Positions 20,005-30,267 of a stretch of DNA of 64,000 nucleotides are shown one piece after another. The stretch covers positions 1,372 to 65,371 of the forward strand of contig CAZUAE010000010.1 in the NCBI GenBank assembly GCA_964618265.1, given 5' to 3'. A program made the position numbers and the translations under genes. Every line of letters begins with the position of its first letter. Position 1 is the stretch's first letter. The DNA is from an uncultured Spirochaetales bacterium. GTDB taxonomy: Bacteria > Spirochaetota > Spirochaetia > CAYLLE01. The notes below the pieces were generated by a model that was given only the letters and a program-made list of their open reading frames with translations, was not told the DNA's origin and did not search any database.

Positions 20005-21306
20005 ATGAAGATGTCCTGGTTGTTTTTTCTGTCTTCCCGGTATTTCAAAACCCGGCGTAAGGAAAAAGGGCATACTGCCTCTATATTGTCTGTTGCCGGA
20101 ATTGCTGTTGGAGTAATGACTCTTATAGCAGTTATAGCCGTAATGAACGGTTTTCAAGCCGGTACCATTCAAGGAATATTGGAGATCAACAGCTACCATC
20201 TTCAGATAACTTGGGAGAAAGAATCCGCCGCTACCTTTAATCTGCAGAACCGCATCGGGAAACTATCCGGAATTAGGGCGATTCTCCCTTTCCGGGAATA
20301 CCGTACATTGATCCGGGGATATTTCCCCGGTAATACCGGTGCATTAATCCGGGCCCTTCCTAAAAATCCTTATCAGTATGATCCTGCTTTAGTAAGTTAT
20401 TTGGGGCTTGAGGAGGGTGCCTTTGACTTGAGAGAAACCGGTTCAATTGTTCTGGGAAAAGGTCTTGCGCGGGAACTGGGGGTCTTTTTAGGAGAAACAG
20501 TTCAACTGGTAACTTTCGGCGGGAAAGGATTCACCTCCCTTGCTCCCGTGGAAAAAAGTTTTACCGTTACGGGAATATTTCAATCGGGTTATCAGGAATT
20601 TGATATCGGGTGGGGATTCATTTCGATTGAGGATGCCCGGGAACTTTTCAGCCAGGAGAGTTCCCTTGTATGGGGAATAAAATTAAATGACCGCTATCGG
20701 GACAAAGGAGCGATCAATAGGATAAGAAAGATCCTGCCCGGAGAGTCCGGCGAAATCGTGTCCTGGCGCGAGTATAATAGGTCCATATTCGGCGCCCTGA
20801 GAATGGAAAAAGTGATGATGATGGTCCTGATCGGTTTGATCTTTGTGGTGGTGGGAACCAATATATACCAGTCACTCCGGCGAACTGTATATGAGCGGAC
20901 GGAGGAGATAGGAGTGCTTAAGGCGATGGGAGCCTCACCCCGGGGGGTCAGCTCCGTTTTTCTTTTAGACGGCTTTTACATTGGTTTTTCAGGGGCCGCG
21001 ATAGGCACAGTATTGGGGTTATTGGTTTCTGTAAACATAAACGGAGTATTCCGCTTTGCAGAAGATACGGTGAACTTAATCATATCCATTGCGGGGGGCC
21101 TTTTCCCCGGATTAGGATTAGGGGGTGAAGAATTTTCTATCTTTTCCCCGGCCTATTTTTACCTGACTAAAGTCCCGGTAAGAATTCTCTTCAGTGAAAC
21201 TCTATTGATCTTTTTATTTGCCCTGTTGTCTTCTGTAGCGGCAGCTTTTTTCGCTTCCCGTCACGCTGCACGGATTAAACCGGCGAAGGTTATGAGGTAC
21301 GAATGA
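20005..21306 (+). CDS. LolC/LolE-family (FtsX-like) ABC transporter permease
   Basis: 433 aa. It has an N-terminal TM helix, a large periplasmic domain and a C-terminal FtsX 3-TM bundle. Confidence 0.65.
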   Translation: MKMSWLFFLSSRYFKTRRKEKGHTASILSVAGIAVGVMTLIAVIAVMNGFQAGTIQGILEINSYHLQITWEKESAATFNLQNRIGKLSGIRAILPFREYRTLIRGYFPGNTGALIRALPKNPYQYDPALVSYLGLEEGAFDLRETGSIVLGKGLARELGVFLGETVQLVTFGGKGFTSLAPVEKSFTVTGIFQSGYQEFDIGWGFISIEDARELFSQESSLVWGIKLNDRYRDKGAINRIRKILPGESGEIVSWREYNRSIFGALRMEKVMMMVLIGLIFVVVGTNIYQSLRRTVYERTEEIGVLKAMGASPRGVSSVFLLDGFYIGFSGAAIGTVLGLLVSVNINGVFRFAEDTVNLIISIAGGLFPGLGLGGEEFSIFSPAYFYLTKVPVRILFSETLLIFLFALLSSVAAAFFASRHAARIKPAKVMRYE

Positions 21307-21307
21307 A

Positions 21308-21982
21308 ATGAACGCGTTAGAACTGCGGGAAGTTACCAAAGTTTTTTCCAATGGTAATGAAAGACTTACAGTATTGAATAATATTTCCCTTACTGTCCCC
21401 GAAGGGAGCATTACAGTAATCACGGGAGAAAGCGGATCCGGAAAGAGTACCCTTTTGAACTTAGTGGGCGGTCTTGATTTACCAACCCAAGGCTCCATCT
21501 ACTCTATGGGATACCAGGTGGATTCCATGAGCGAAACGGAGTTAACGGAATACCGCAGTAAAAGATTGGGATTGATATTCCAGTTTCACTATCTGTTAAA
21601 AGATTTTACCGCCTTGGAAAATATAATGCTTCCCGCTTTGATAGCTGGTAAGACCAAAAGGGATGCCCGGGAAATGGCTCTGGAATTGATCAGTGCGGTG
21701 GATCTTCTGGACCGAAAAAATCATTACCCTACTCAGTTATCCGGAGGGGAGAGACAGAGGACAGCGGTAGCCCGTTCTCTCATCAACGATCCCGGATTAA
21801 TACTTGCAGATGAACCTACGGGAAACTTGGATGAAAGAAATTCCCGGTCCGTGGAATCGCTGCTTTTTCAGTTGGTTAGAAGTTACGGTAAAACCCTTGC
21901 CTTGGTTACCCACGACGCAGCTGTGGCGGCTTCCGGCGATCTCCGGTTTCATCTGGAACGGGGGAGTATAGTTCCGGTATGA
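21308..21982 (+). CDS. lolD: LolD-like ABC transporter ATP-binding protein
   Basis: 224 aa with Walker A GESGSGKST, signature LSGGERQR and Walker B LILADEPTGNLD. Confidence 0.75.
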   Translation: MNALELREVTKVFSNGNERLTVLNNISLTVPEGSITVITGESGSGKSTLLNLVGGLDLPTQGSIYSMGYQVDSMSETELTEYRSKRLGLIFQFHYLLKDFTALENIMLPALIAGKTKRDAREMALELISAVDLLDRKNHYPTQLSGGERQRTAVARSLINDPGLILADEPTGNLDERNSRSVESLLFQLVRSYGKTLALVTHDAAVAASGDLRFHLERGSIVPV

Positions 21983-23400
21983 AGCTCCAAACTTCTCTAA
22001 TGCTGGCATTCCGTTATCTTACGGGGAAACGTTCCCGGGACAGACTGCGGGGCACCTCCTCCGGAGGAGGCGGAAGGGCTATGCTGGCTGTTTTGGGAAT
22101 AGGTTTAAGTTTAGTCCCCCTTGTTGTAGTTTTGGAAGTATCCGACGGAATGATACAGGGTATCACTTCCAGATTCATCGAAACGGGAACCTACCATTTG
22201 CAGCTGATCCCTCCCGAGCCGGCAAAAGATTCCGAGATAGATGAGATGACCCGGAAGCTCGCGTTTCTTCCGGAAGTCACCTCCGTTTACCGGGAACAGC
22301 AGGGATTCGGCCTTCTTTCATCCCCGAAAAGCAGAAGCGGGGCCTCCGTCCGCGGAATCTCTCCGGAGCTCTGGGAAACTGATATCCTTTTTAGAAGATA
22401 CATCCAGGTTGATTCGGGAAATTTTGATCTGAATGATCCGCAATCGGCAGTTTTAGGTTCCGCTATTGCTAAAGACCTCGGAGTTAAAGTCGGTGACAGC
22501 ATAAAACTGTTAACAGTTCGGAGCCTTCCCAATCGTCCCTATATTCCGCGGATCAGTACCTTTACTGTTACCGGGATAGTATCTTCCGGATACCAGGATT
22601 TGGATAAACTTTGGATGTTTATTTCTCTGGAAAGAGCAAAGCGGGTGCTTCCTCTAAAGGACAGCCGGAGGCTGGTGGGATTAAAGGTAACCGATCCCTT
22701 TCTCCTTAAGACCTACTCCGCCGGAAGAGGGTGCGCGGAAAAAACCGGGTTCTCAAAATTCATTGCTCAGATTTCAGGAACGGAAGAGAATAAACAACTC
22801 TGCAGCACCATCCGCGGAATAAAGGAAATAACACCTGTGACATGGCTTATGTACACCTGGTACGATCTTGAGAAATCCCGGTATATGAGTTACAGCACAA
22901 TAAAATTGCTTTTGACTTTTATCATGGGATTGATTGTTTGTGTTGCAGCAATCAATATTTCATCATCGTTAGTTATGATGGTGATGGAACGGAATCAGGA
23001 AATTGCGATACTTAAAAGTATTGGAGCCAGCCCAAGACTAATATCACGCTCCTTTATCATTACAGGATTCTTCATCGGCTTTTTCGGGACTCTTTTAGGT
23101 ATTTTTTTAGGGATCCTCGCGGCGCTTAATGTAAATGAAATCCTTTTCGGAGTCGAATGGCTGCTCAATTTCTTCAAGGGGCTCTGGGAGTGGTTGGCTT
23201 CTCCGGCACTCAGCATTGAAACAGGGGATGTTACCATTTTTAGCGGTGAGTTCTACTTAGAACGAATACCCATAAACATCCATGGCAGCGAACTCTTTCT
23301 GGTGGCAATATTTTCTATCGCTCTCTGCGTTGCCGCATCACTTTTACCTGCCCGAAGCGCCGGTAAGATCAAGCCCTTTGAAGTGCTTAGGAAATATTAG
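21979..23400 (+). CDS. LolC/LolE-family (FtsX-like) ABC transporter permease, second copy
   Basis: 473 aa with the same architecture as 20005..21306. It overlaps the lolD stop. Confidence 0.65.
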   Translation: MKLQTSLMLAFRYLTGKRSRDRLRGTSSGGGGRAMLAVLGIGLSLVPLVVVLEVSDGMIQGITSRFIETGTYHLQLIPPEPAKDSEIDEMTRKLAFLPEVTSVYREQQGFGLLSSPKSRSGASVRGISPELWETDILFRRYIQVDSGNFDLNDPQSAVLGSAIAKDLGVKVGDSIKLLTVRSLPNRPYIPRISTFTVTGIVSSGYQDLDKLWMFISLERAKRVLPLKDSRRLVGLKVTDPFLLKTYSAGRGCAEKTGFSKFIAQISGTEENKQLCSTIRGIKEITPVTWLMYTWYDLEKSRYMSYSTIKLLLTFIMGLIVCVAAINISSSLVMMVMERNQEIAILKSIGASPRLISRSFIITGFFIGFFGTLLGIFLGILAALNVNEILFGVEWLLNFFKGLWEWLASPALSIETGDVTIFSGEFYLERIPINIHGSELFLVAIFSIALCVAASLLPARSAGKIKPFEVLRKY

Positions 23401-23482
23401 ATTTACACTAATTTTGCCTTAGTGACGGGAAATGCTGCTTTGTGACTGTATTTTTTTTCTTTTTTCCGATACAATATAGAGT

Positions 23483-23977
23483 ATGAAATGTGATGTTTGT
23501 GGAAAAGGTGACGTAGTTATCAACATTCAACAGATCCTAGGGGAAAAGAAACTGGAGATCGGTCTCTGTCAAAGCTGCGCGAAAAAATACGGAATCAGTA
23601 AAAATGCGGAAATCCTTCAAACCACTACATCGGAACTTCTTCAGGCTCTCCTGCTGGATAAGGGCCGGAGCGGAAGCAGCACAAAGAACCGTGTATGCCC
23701 CCGATGTACTCTTACACTGAAGGAATTCAAAAAATATGAGCGACTCGGTTGTATTGAGTGCTTCAATGTGTTTAACCGGGAAATTACAGCAATGTTACGG
23801 GACAAACAAATGGGAACCCGTCACACCGGCAAATTCCCTAATCGTCTGCATGCTTACAAAACCTTCTTTGTTGACCGGGAGCGCATCAGAAAGAAGCTCG
23901 AGTCCGCGATTCAGCGGGAGGATTATGAACGGGCCGCTAAACTCCGTGATAAACTCACAGAGTTGGATCAATTATGA
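23483..23977 (+). CDS. mcsA: McsA-like protein (two CxxC zinc-finger pairs + UVR motif), activator of protein arginine kinase
   Basis: 164 aa. CDVCGK...CQSCAKK and CPRCT...CIECF, followed by a UVR-type helix EDYERAAKLRDKLTELDQ. The stop overlaps the mcsB start. Confidence 0.7.
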   Translation: MKCDVCGKGDVVINIQQILGEKKLEIGLCQSCAKKYGISKNAEILQTTTSELLQALLLDKGRSGSSTKNRVCPRCTLTLKEFKKYERLGCIECFNVFNREITAMLRDKQMGTRHTGKFPNRLHAYKTFFVDRERIRKKLESAIQREDYERAAKLRDKLTELDQL

Positions 23978-25032
23978 GTGATTTTCCCGGTCTAAGTGAA
24001 TCGGGTGGATGGTTTCAAACAGCGGGTCCTGATGCTGATGTTGTGATTTCCTCCCGAATACGATTATCCCGAAATCTTGCAGAACATTCTTTCCCCGGAT
24101 TGATGAATCCTGATGACGAAATTCATATTGTTGAAGAAGTATCGGATGTGTTCTCTCATCTTAAAAACAAAGACGAATACGTTCCTCTGGAGATGGACTC
24201 GCTGAATCCCATTGAGCGCAACCTCCTCATGGAGCGGAATTTAATCAGCGAAGAGTACCCCCAAAAGAAAAACGGAAAAGTTTTCCTTCGGAAGGATGAA
24301 AAAGTTATAACCACAATCAATGACACTGATCATCTTAGACTTACCGGATTAGACGGCGGACTTAGCCTGGAGAAGATATTCAACGAAGTAGATATTTTAG
24401 ACAGCTCTTTGGAAGATGAGCTGGATTACGCGGTATCCATGGAATGGGGATATCTTAATACACAGGTTAGCAATTTGGGAACCGGATTAAAAGCTTCCGT
24501 CATGCTTCACCTGCCGGGGCTGGTTGTTACATCACTTTTAGAGAAGGCTTTTGGTATAATCAATAAAATGGGATTATCGGTAAAAGGTTTTTTTACTGAA
24601 GAAGAAGGTTCTCTCGGAAACATTTATCAGGTATCTAACCGGATCTCCCTTGGGCTAAAGGAAATGGAAATTATTGAGAAACTTAACACGATAACGGAGC
24701 AGCTGGTGGGATACGAAAAAAAAGCCAGGGAAGAGCTCCTGGAAGCCGGGTATTTAGAGGTGGAGGACATCGTTTTCCGGGCTTATGGTCTGCTTACTAA
24801 TTCCCGGGTAATGTCTTCTAAGGAAGCAGTTAATTTACTTTCCTCTTTGCGGTTGGGAATTGCTTTAGGTTTTATTGACTACATACCCCTCCATGTAGTA
24901 ACTTCCCTCTTTTTTCTGACTCAGAAATCTCATATTCTACATTCCTTAGGGATTTCTTCCGATGATTTTGATGACAGCATGATTAATGCCCAAAGAGCAG
25001 TTATCATACGGAATGTATTAGAAAATTTTTAG
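23974..25032 (+). CDS. mcsB: protein arginine kinase McsB (ATP:guanido phosphotransferase family)
   Basis: 352 aa with SSRIRLSRNL and the phosphagen-kinase motif INDTDHLRL (NEEDHLR-like). Confidence 0.8.
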   Translation: MSDFPGLSESGGWFQTAGPDADVVISSRIRLSRNLAEHSFPGLMNPDDEIHIVEEVSDVFSHLKNKDEYVPLEMDSLNPIERNLLMERNLISEEYPQKKNGKVFLRKDEKVITTINDTDHLRLTGLDGGLSLEKIFNEVDILDSSLEDELDYAVSMEWGYLNTQVSNLGTGLKASVMLHLPGLVVTSLLEKAFGIINKMGLSVKGFFTEEEGSLGNIYQVSNRISLGLKEMEIIEKLNTITEQLVGYEKKAREELLEAGYLEVEDIVFRAYGLLTNSRVMSSKEAVNLLSSLRLGIALGFIDYIPLHVVTSLFFLTQKSHILHSLGISSDDFDDSMINAQRAVIIRNVLENF

Positions 25033-25103
25033 AAGAAATCTCATAAGACAAATGAAAACTGCAATTCCCGGCGTTAACATCCGCAGTGAAAAATGTAAAT
25101 GCT

Positions 25104-25192
25104 GGAATTCTCATTGTATTCAATTGTTTTACGGCTTTTTTTAAGAATTATGCCTCTTTCTGTTGCCTAAAGGTATAAAATGAGAATACCTC
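25104..25192. repeat. family 1 repeat, copy D (reverse orientation)
   Basis: The sequence is GGAATTCTCATTGTATTCAATTGTTTTACGG...AAAGGTATAAAATGAGAATACCTC. Confidence 0.75.
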
Positions 25193-25596
25193 AATGTAAG
25201 AGCCGTTATATTGACAATATTAGTAATAAATAAAAGTGGACAAATTTCCTATATACTATTATAATACACACAGACGATTTGTTTTGGTATGGTCAATATA
25301 CGGATGAATTTTTTAAGGAAATAACATAAAATAATAACGTATAAATATGGTTTTTGTATTATATTATATAGTAGGCAGCAAAGGCTGGATTGTTTTTTGT
25401 TGATGAATTAGGTAATTGCAAGAACTGTGAATTATGATTCTTCTAAGCAATCTTAATGCTTTGGAGACTATTTTTTGCAATTGCTTAAAGCCAAGTTTTT
25501 TAAGGAATTAGATTTGATCTTGATTATTGATCAATAAAAAACAGACAACCTTTGAGACGGATATAGGATCCGTTATAAGGGTTTGGAGGAAATTAA

Positions 25597-28092
25597 ATGT
25601 TTAAGGGTTTAACGCAACGAGCACAAAAGATACTCACCGTCCTCGCCCAGGATGAAGCTAAACGGTTTCATTCCGATCAGCTACTGCCGGAACATATTAT
25701 GCTGGCAATTCTTAAAGAGGGTAACGGGTTTGCATATAAAGCCTTGCAGAAGGCGAACATAGATCCGGTTAAAATGCAGGTGGAAATTGAAAAATCTATT
25801 CCCAAGCACCGGAGAGGATTTATTTTAGGGGATGTTCCCCTCTCTCCCCGGGGGAAAAAGGTTATGGAAGATTCGGCTAAAGAAGCAGAAAATTTGAAAC
25901 ATGAGTACATTGGAACTGAACATCTTCTTTTAGCCTGCTGCAGAGATACCGAAGGTGAATCCACAAAGTATCTTTTCAAACATAATGTTACCGCCGACAA
26001 CATTCGGCAGATAATAATTGAAATGAGCGATGCCGGTCAGGGTTTTTCCCGGTCCAGCGCATCGCAGCAAAAACGCAAACCGGTAAATGTGGGGGCGAAT
26101 AAAAAAGGAACCCCAACAGTAGATGAATTTTCCCGGGATTTAACAGAAGCCGCCAAGAGTAAAAAACTCGATCCGGTTGTCGGCCGTAAAAAGGAAATAC
26201 AGCGGGTTATTCAAATTCTTGCCAGACGGACGAAAAACAATCCGGTACTTATCGGAGATCCCGGTGTTGGGAAAACTGCCATAGTTGAAGGCTTGGCTCA
26301 AAGAATCGTAGAAGGTTCCGCTCCTGATGTTTTAACGGGGAAGCGGGTTCTCACGTTGGATTTAGCGTCCCTTATTGCCGGAACGAAATACCGGGGAGAA
26401 TTCGAAGAAAGACTTAAACGGGTAATGAAGGAGATTGTTTCCGCGGGAAATATCATACTCTTTATCGACGAGCTTCATACAATTATCGGAGCAGGAGGGG
26501 CCGAAGGAGCAATCGATGCATCAAATATGTTAAAACCCTCCCTCTCCCGGGGGGAAATACAGTGCATTGGTGCTACAACCCTCAACGAATATAAAAAATA
26601 CATTGAGAAAGACGCCGCTCTGGAACGCCGGTTTCAGACAATTTACGTCAATGAACCATCCGTAGATGATACTCTGGAGATTCTAAGAGGGATTAAGGGG
26701 CGGTACGAAGAACATCACAATGTCAGCTATACTCCCGGTTCTCTGGAGGTTGCCGCGGCTCTTTCTAGAAGGTATATAACTGAACGGCACCTGCCTGATA
26801 AAGCAATTGATCTTATTGATGAGGCGGGTTCAAGAAAACGGATCAGCAATTCCGATCGCCCTGATGAACTTAGGGATCTTGAGGAAGAGATTGACCGGCT
26901 AAAATCAGAACAGCACGCATTAGCGGCATCGCAGAATTTTGAACGGGCAATTGCCATCCGCGATCAAGTAAGGGGGCTGCAGAATAAAGTAGAGGAGATG
27001 AAAGAAGAGTGGCGCCTTTCCCTCAAGAACGAACAAAATATTGTTGATTCAGAGGATATTCAGTATGTCATTTCTGAAATTACCGGTATTCCCCTTTCGC
27101 GGCTGGTTCAAACTGAATCTGAAAAACTTCTCAATATTGAGGACGAACTGCACAAGAAAGTGATCAGCCAGGACGAAGCTATCACCGCTATAGCGTCGGC
27201 CATTCGGAGATCCCGCACCGGCTTAAGCGCGCCGGAAAGACCGCTGGGTTCCTTCGTGTTTCTCGGACCTACTGGAGTGGGAAAAAGTCTCTTAGCAAAA
27301 ACATTGGCGGAATTCCTGTTTGGAAACGAGGATGCCTTGATAAGGATCGATATGTCCGATTTTATGGAGAAGTTCAATGTTTCTAGACTAGTAGGTTCCC
27401 CGCCCGGTTATGTCGGATACGAAGAAGGGGGGCTTTTAACTGAGAAGATTCGAAGACGCCCCTACAGTGTTATCCTGCTGGATGAGATAGAGAAGGCCCA
27501 TCCGGATGTATTCAACCTTCTTCTGCAGGTTTTAGAGGAAGGTCAATTACAGGATAATCTGGGACACCTGGTTTCGTTTAGAAACACTGTGCTGATAATG
27601 ACTTCAAATGCCGGAGCCCGGGAGATAAACCGCGAAAGCATGGTGGGATTTACCTCTGGCGAAGGTATAATGAATAGGAAAGAAATTAAAGCATCGGCTA
27701 TGAATGAACTTAAACGGTTTTTCCGGCCGGAATTCATTAACCGTATAGACGAAATCGTTGTATTTGACAGCTTATCTAAGGATGACATTAACCGGATCCT
27801 CAACATACAGTTGAGTGAAGTACAAACGCGGCTTGCCGAAAAGGAAATTATCCTTGAGGTTAAAAAGAAAACCCGTGAGTACCTGGTTGAAAAGGGATTC
27901 GATCAAAAGTTTGGAGCCCGCCCTCTCAGACGGGTTATTCAGAAAGAAATTGAGGATCCTCTCTCCATGGAAATTCTTAAGGGAAGATTCTGGAGCGGCA
28001 GCCATGTAATGGTGAACATACGAAACGGAAAAATATCATTCCGGGAGAAAAAGGGAAATTCCAAGAAAAAGGAGCCGGCCCTGATAAACTAA
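25597..28092 (+). CDS. clpC: ATP-dependent Clp protease ATP-binding subunit ClpC
   Basis: 831 aa. It has N-terminal Clp_N repeats, two AAA+ modules (GDPGVGKTA; GPTGVGKS), an internal UVR motif and C-terminal D2-small. Confidence 0.85.
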   Translation: MFKGLTQRAQKILTVLAQDEAKRFHSDQLLPEHIMLAILKEGNGFAYKALQKANIDPVKMQVEIEKSIPKHRRGFILGDVPLSPRGKKVMEDSAKEAENLKHEYIGTEHLLLACCRDTEGESTKYLFKHNVTADNIRQIIIEMSDAGQGFSRSSASQQKRKPVNVGANKKGTPTVDEFSRDLTEAAKSKKLDPVVGRKKEIQRVIQILARRTKNNPVLIGDPGVGKTAIVEGLAQRIVEGSAPDVLTGKRVLTLDLASLIAGTKYRGEFEERLKRVMKEIVSAGNIILFIDELHTIIGAGGAEGAIDASNMLKPSLSRGEIQCIGATTLNEYKKYIEKDAALERRFQTIYVNEPSVDDTLEILRGIKGRYEEHHNVSYTPGSLEVAAALSRRYITERHLPDKAIDLIDEAGSRKRISNSDRPDELRDLEEEIDRLKSEQHALAASQNFERAIAIRDQVRGLQNKVEEMKEEWRLSLKNEQNIVDSEDIQYVISEITGIPLSRLVQTESEKLLNIEDELHKKVISQDEAITAIASAIRRSRTGLSAPERPLGSFVFLGPTGVGKSLLAKTLAEFLFGNEDALIRIDMSDFMEKFNVSRLVGSPPGYVGYEEGGLLTEKIRRRPYSVILLDEIEKAHPDVFNLLLQVLEEGQLQDNLGHLVSFRNTVLIMTSNAGAREINRESMVGFTSGEGIMNRKEIKASAMNELKRFFRPEFINRIDEIVVFDSLSKDDINRILNIQLSEVQTRLAEKEIILEVKKKTREYLVEKGFDQKFGARPLRRVIQKEIEDPLSMEILKGRFWSGSHVMVNIRNGKISFREKKGNSKKKEPALIN

Positions 28093-28119
28093 TAAGTGTA
28101 ACATGGTACATTAACCTAA

Positions 28120-28150
28120 GAGCTGCTCTCCTTTGAGCAGCTCGTTTTTA
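28120..28150 (+). terminator. rho-independent terminator downstream of clpC
   Basis: The sequence is GAGCTGCTC-tccttt-GAGCAGCTC followed by GTTTTTA. Confidence 0.6.
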
Positions 28151-28230
28151 TTACTAATGCGGAAATTATGGTTTACCTGATTTAGGCTGGTTAATTCTTT
28201 ATAAGAGCTCCCAAATTGCATCCTGACACC

Positions 28231-28269
28231 GGCAATTCTAAGTTTGCAATTTAGAATTGCCTTTTTACC
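28231..28269. repeat. family 3 palindromic hairpin + T tail (terminator-like), contiguous with family 1 copy E
   Basis: GGCAATTCTAA-gtttgcaat-TTAGAATTGCC followed by TTTTTACC. The same arrangement is seen at 13446-13478 next to copy C. Confidence 0.45.
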
Positions 28270-28281
28270 TATGTAAAGCCC

Positions 28282-28371
28282 GGAATTCCCATTTTATTCG
28301 ATTATTTTTATGGCTAATTATAGAAAATCATGCTGTTTCTGTTGCCTGATGGAATAAAATGAGGATCCCTC
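28282..28371. repeat. family 1 repeat, copy E (reverse orientation)
   Basis: The sequence is GGAATTCCCATTTTATTCGATTATTTTTATGG...GATGGAATAAAATGAGGATCCCTC. Confidence 0.75.
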
Positions 28372-28390
28372 TCCAAACACAATTTTTGCA

Positions 28391-29368
28391 TTAGTAGTAG
28401 TAGGGAAAATCTCCCCCAAGGATACGGTAAACATAGAGAATGGAGTTCAGAGAAGAGCGCTCCTCTTCGGTTAGCTGCCGAATATAGTTATAGCCGTCTC
28501 CGGTACTGACCTCGAGTACACATATACTGGATAAAATTACATCGGTAAGTACGGTAAATGTCAGGGGGGTAACAAGAAAATCTATGTATTCGAACCATAT
28601 AGCCGTTTGTTCGATTCTGGTTATGATACCCAGCGAAGACCGCAAAGTATAGGTATGAGAATCGGTGGTTATCCTAATGGAAGATTCGGTACTTCTTGGA
28701 ACTCTTTTGGGAAACGGGGTTTTCAGGGCCATTCGGAGGAAAATATTATCCGTCTTTTCTCTTCCGAAATAGAGATAAAATGCGGCATCCAGGTTGATAA
28801 TGGATTTATCCAGATACCATAAAATTCCCGTTTCCCGGTCTCTGAGGACGGATGTTTCTTCTTCACCGGCAGATATAACTTCAAGCCGGGAGATTTGTTT
28901 TGGATCGAGATAAATCTGTCCTTCTGTTAATACGGGAGATGGTTCAGGCGGATTCAGTTTATAAGTGCCGGCAATGGATTGAGGAGGCACCGGAATATCG
29001 GGTGATAATTTTGGCGGTGCAGTTAACGCTGCGGTAAGTTCCGCCAAGACGGCGAGTTTCTCCTCTGCCGCGGACAATTCTTCCCTAACAGACTCCAGTT
29101 CCTTTTTAAGTCTCCGGTTTTGTGTTAAAAGAGATTCATTCTCCTTAACGGCCTCCTCCCTGGACTGTTTAAGGTTTTCGTAATCCTTCCGGAGGTTTGC
29201 CAGTTCCCGGTTGAGTTCCGCTATTCTATCCGCTAAGGCATCTTGTTTTGCAAGAAGCTCTCTGTTTTCCTCGGTTAATTGATTGATCTGCTGCGTGGCA
29301 CAGCCGGTAACAGTCAAGAGGATCAGAAAAATGATGGGCAGGAAATAAAGCTTTAGGTATCTTATCAT
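28391..29368 (-). CDS. lipoprotein with long coiled-coil segment
   Basis: 325 aa. It has a signal peptide with a lipobox (LLTVTGC), then a heptad-rich, ELK-rich helical region, then a globular C-terminal domain. Confidence 0.5.
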   Translation of the reverse strand: MIRYLKLYFLPIIFLILLTVTGCATQQINQLTEENRELLAKQDALADRIAELNRELANLRKDYENLKQSREEAVKENESLLTQNRRLKKELESVREELSAAEEKLAVLAELTAALTAPPKLSPDIPVPPQSIAGTYKLNPPEPSPVLTEGQIYLDPKQISRLEVISAGEEETSVLRDRETGILWYLDKSIINLDAAFYLYFGREKTDNIFLRMALKTPFPKRVPRSTESSIRITTDSHTYTLRSSLGIITRIEQTAIWFEYIDFLVTPLTFTVLTDVILSSICVLEVSTGDGYNYIRQLTEEERSSLNSILYVYRILGGDFPYYY

Positions 29369-29505
29369 TACAGAACCTCTACAAATAAAACAAGTCTCCC
29401 CTCATTTTTTTAAATATGAAGGATACCGGTAAACATCAGCAAGATATTATTGTATACTAACTGTATCGTTATTGGATTTCAAGCTAATTTTTTGCAGGAG
29501 GAAGT

Positions 29506-30267
29506 ATGATTAATCCTGGACTGGTCTCCATAACCTTCAGGAAATTGTCCCCCCGGGACATAATTGGTCTCTGTATGCAAGGGGGAGTACAGGGGATTGA
29601 ATGGGGCGGAGATGTGCATGTACCTCATGGTGATGTTAAAACTGCCCGCAGGGTAAGAAAAATGACTGAAGATGCCGGATTAACTGTCTGTTCGTACGGT
29701 TCCTACTATAAGTTTGATAATCCGGATCTCACCTTTGAAGCGGTATTGGAAACCGGACTTGAATTGGGTGCTCCGGTAATCCGGATTTGGGCCGGAACCA
29801 AAGGATCCGCTGAGGCGGAGGAAGATTACCGGAAACGGATAGCTGATGAAAGTTATCAAGCCGCTGAACTGGCAAGCGGGGAAAACATCATTTTAGCCTA
29901 TGAGTTTCACAGGAATACCTTGACGGATACAGCTGAATCCGCCCGGAACCTCCTGGAAAAAGAAGCGCCTCATACAGCTTTGGGTACTTACTGGCAGCCG
30001 CCTACGGATGAGTCCTTCCAGGAGCGTCAGGACGGCCTTAAAAAGGTCCTTCTAAAGCTCCTTTGGCTTCATGTTTTTACATGGCGTCAAGGGACAAATG
30101 AACGGCTTCCTCTCTCAGAAGGTGAAAAGGAATGGAAACGGTATTTCGATATTGTGCGTAAGGGAGAAGGATATCACTGGGCACTCCTGGAATTTGTTCA
30201 GGATGATTCGCCGGAAGCCTTTTTACGGGATGCCGGAACTCTAAAACAATGGCTCGCTAACGCTTGA
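29506..30267 (+). CDS. sugar phosphate isomerase/epimerase (xylose isomerase-like TIM barrel) family protein
   Basis: 253 aa. Assigned from general similarity to AP endonuclease 2 / TIM-barrel isomerases (GIEWGGDVHVPHGD). Confidence 0.45.
   Translation: MINPGLVSITFRKLSPRDIIGLCMQGGVQGIEWGGDVHVPHGDVKTARRVRKMTEDAGLTVCSYGSYYKFDNPDLTFEAVLETGLELGAPVIRIWAGTKGSAEAEEDYRKRIADESYQAAELASGENIILAYEFHRNTLTDTAESARNLLEKEAPHTALGTYWQPPTDESFQERQDGLKKVLLKLLWLHVFTWRQGTNERLPLSEGEKEWKRYFDIVRKGEGYHWALLEFVQDDSPEAFLRDAGTLKQWLANA

Noticed and set aside
23400-23482. CtsR operator (tandem A/GGTCAAA heptads) upstream of mcsA
   Set aside because: No direct heptad repeat was found by reading the region. Only TGTGAC-like half matches are present.
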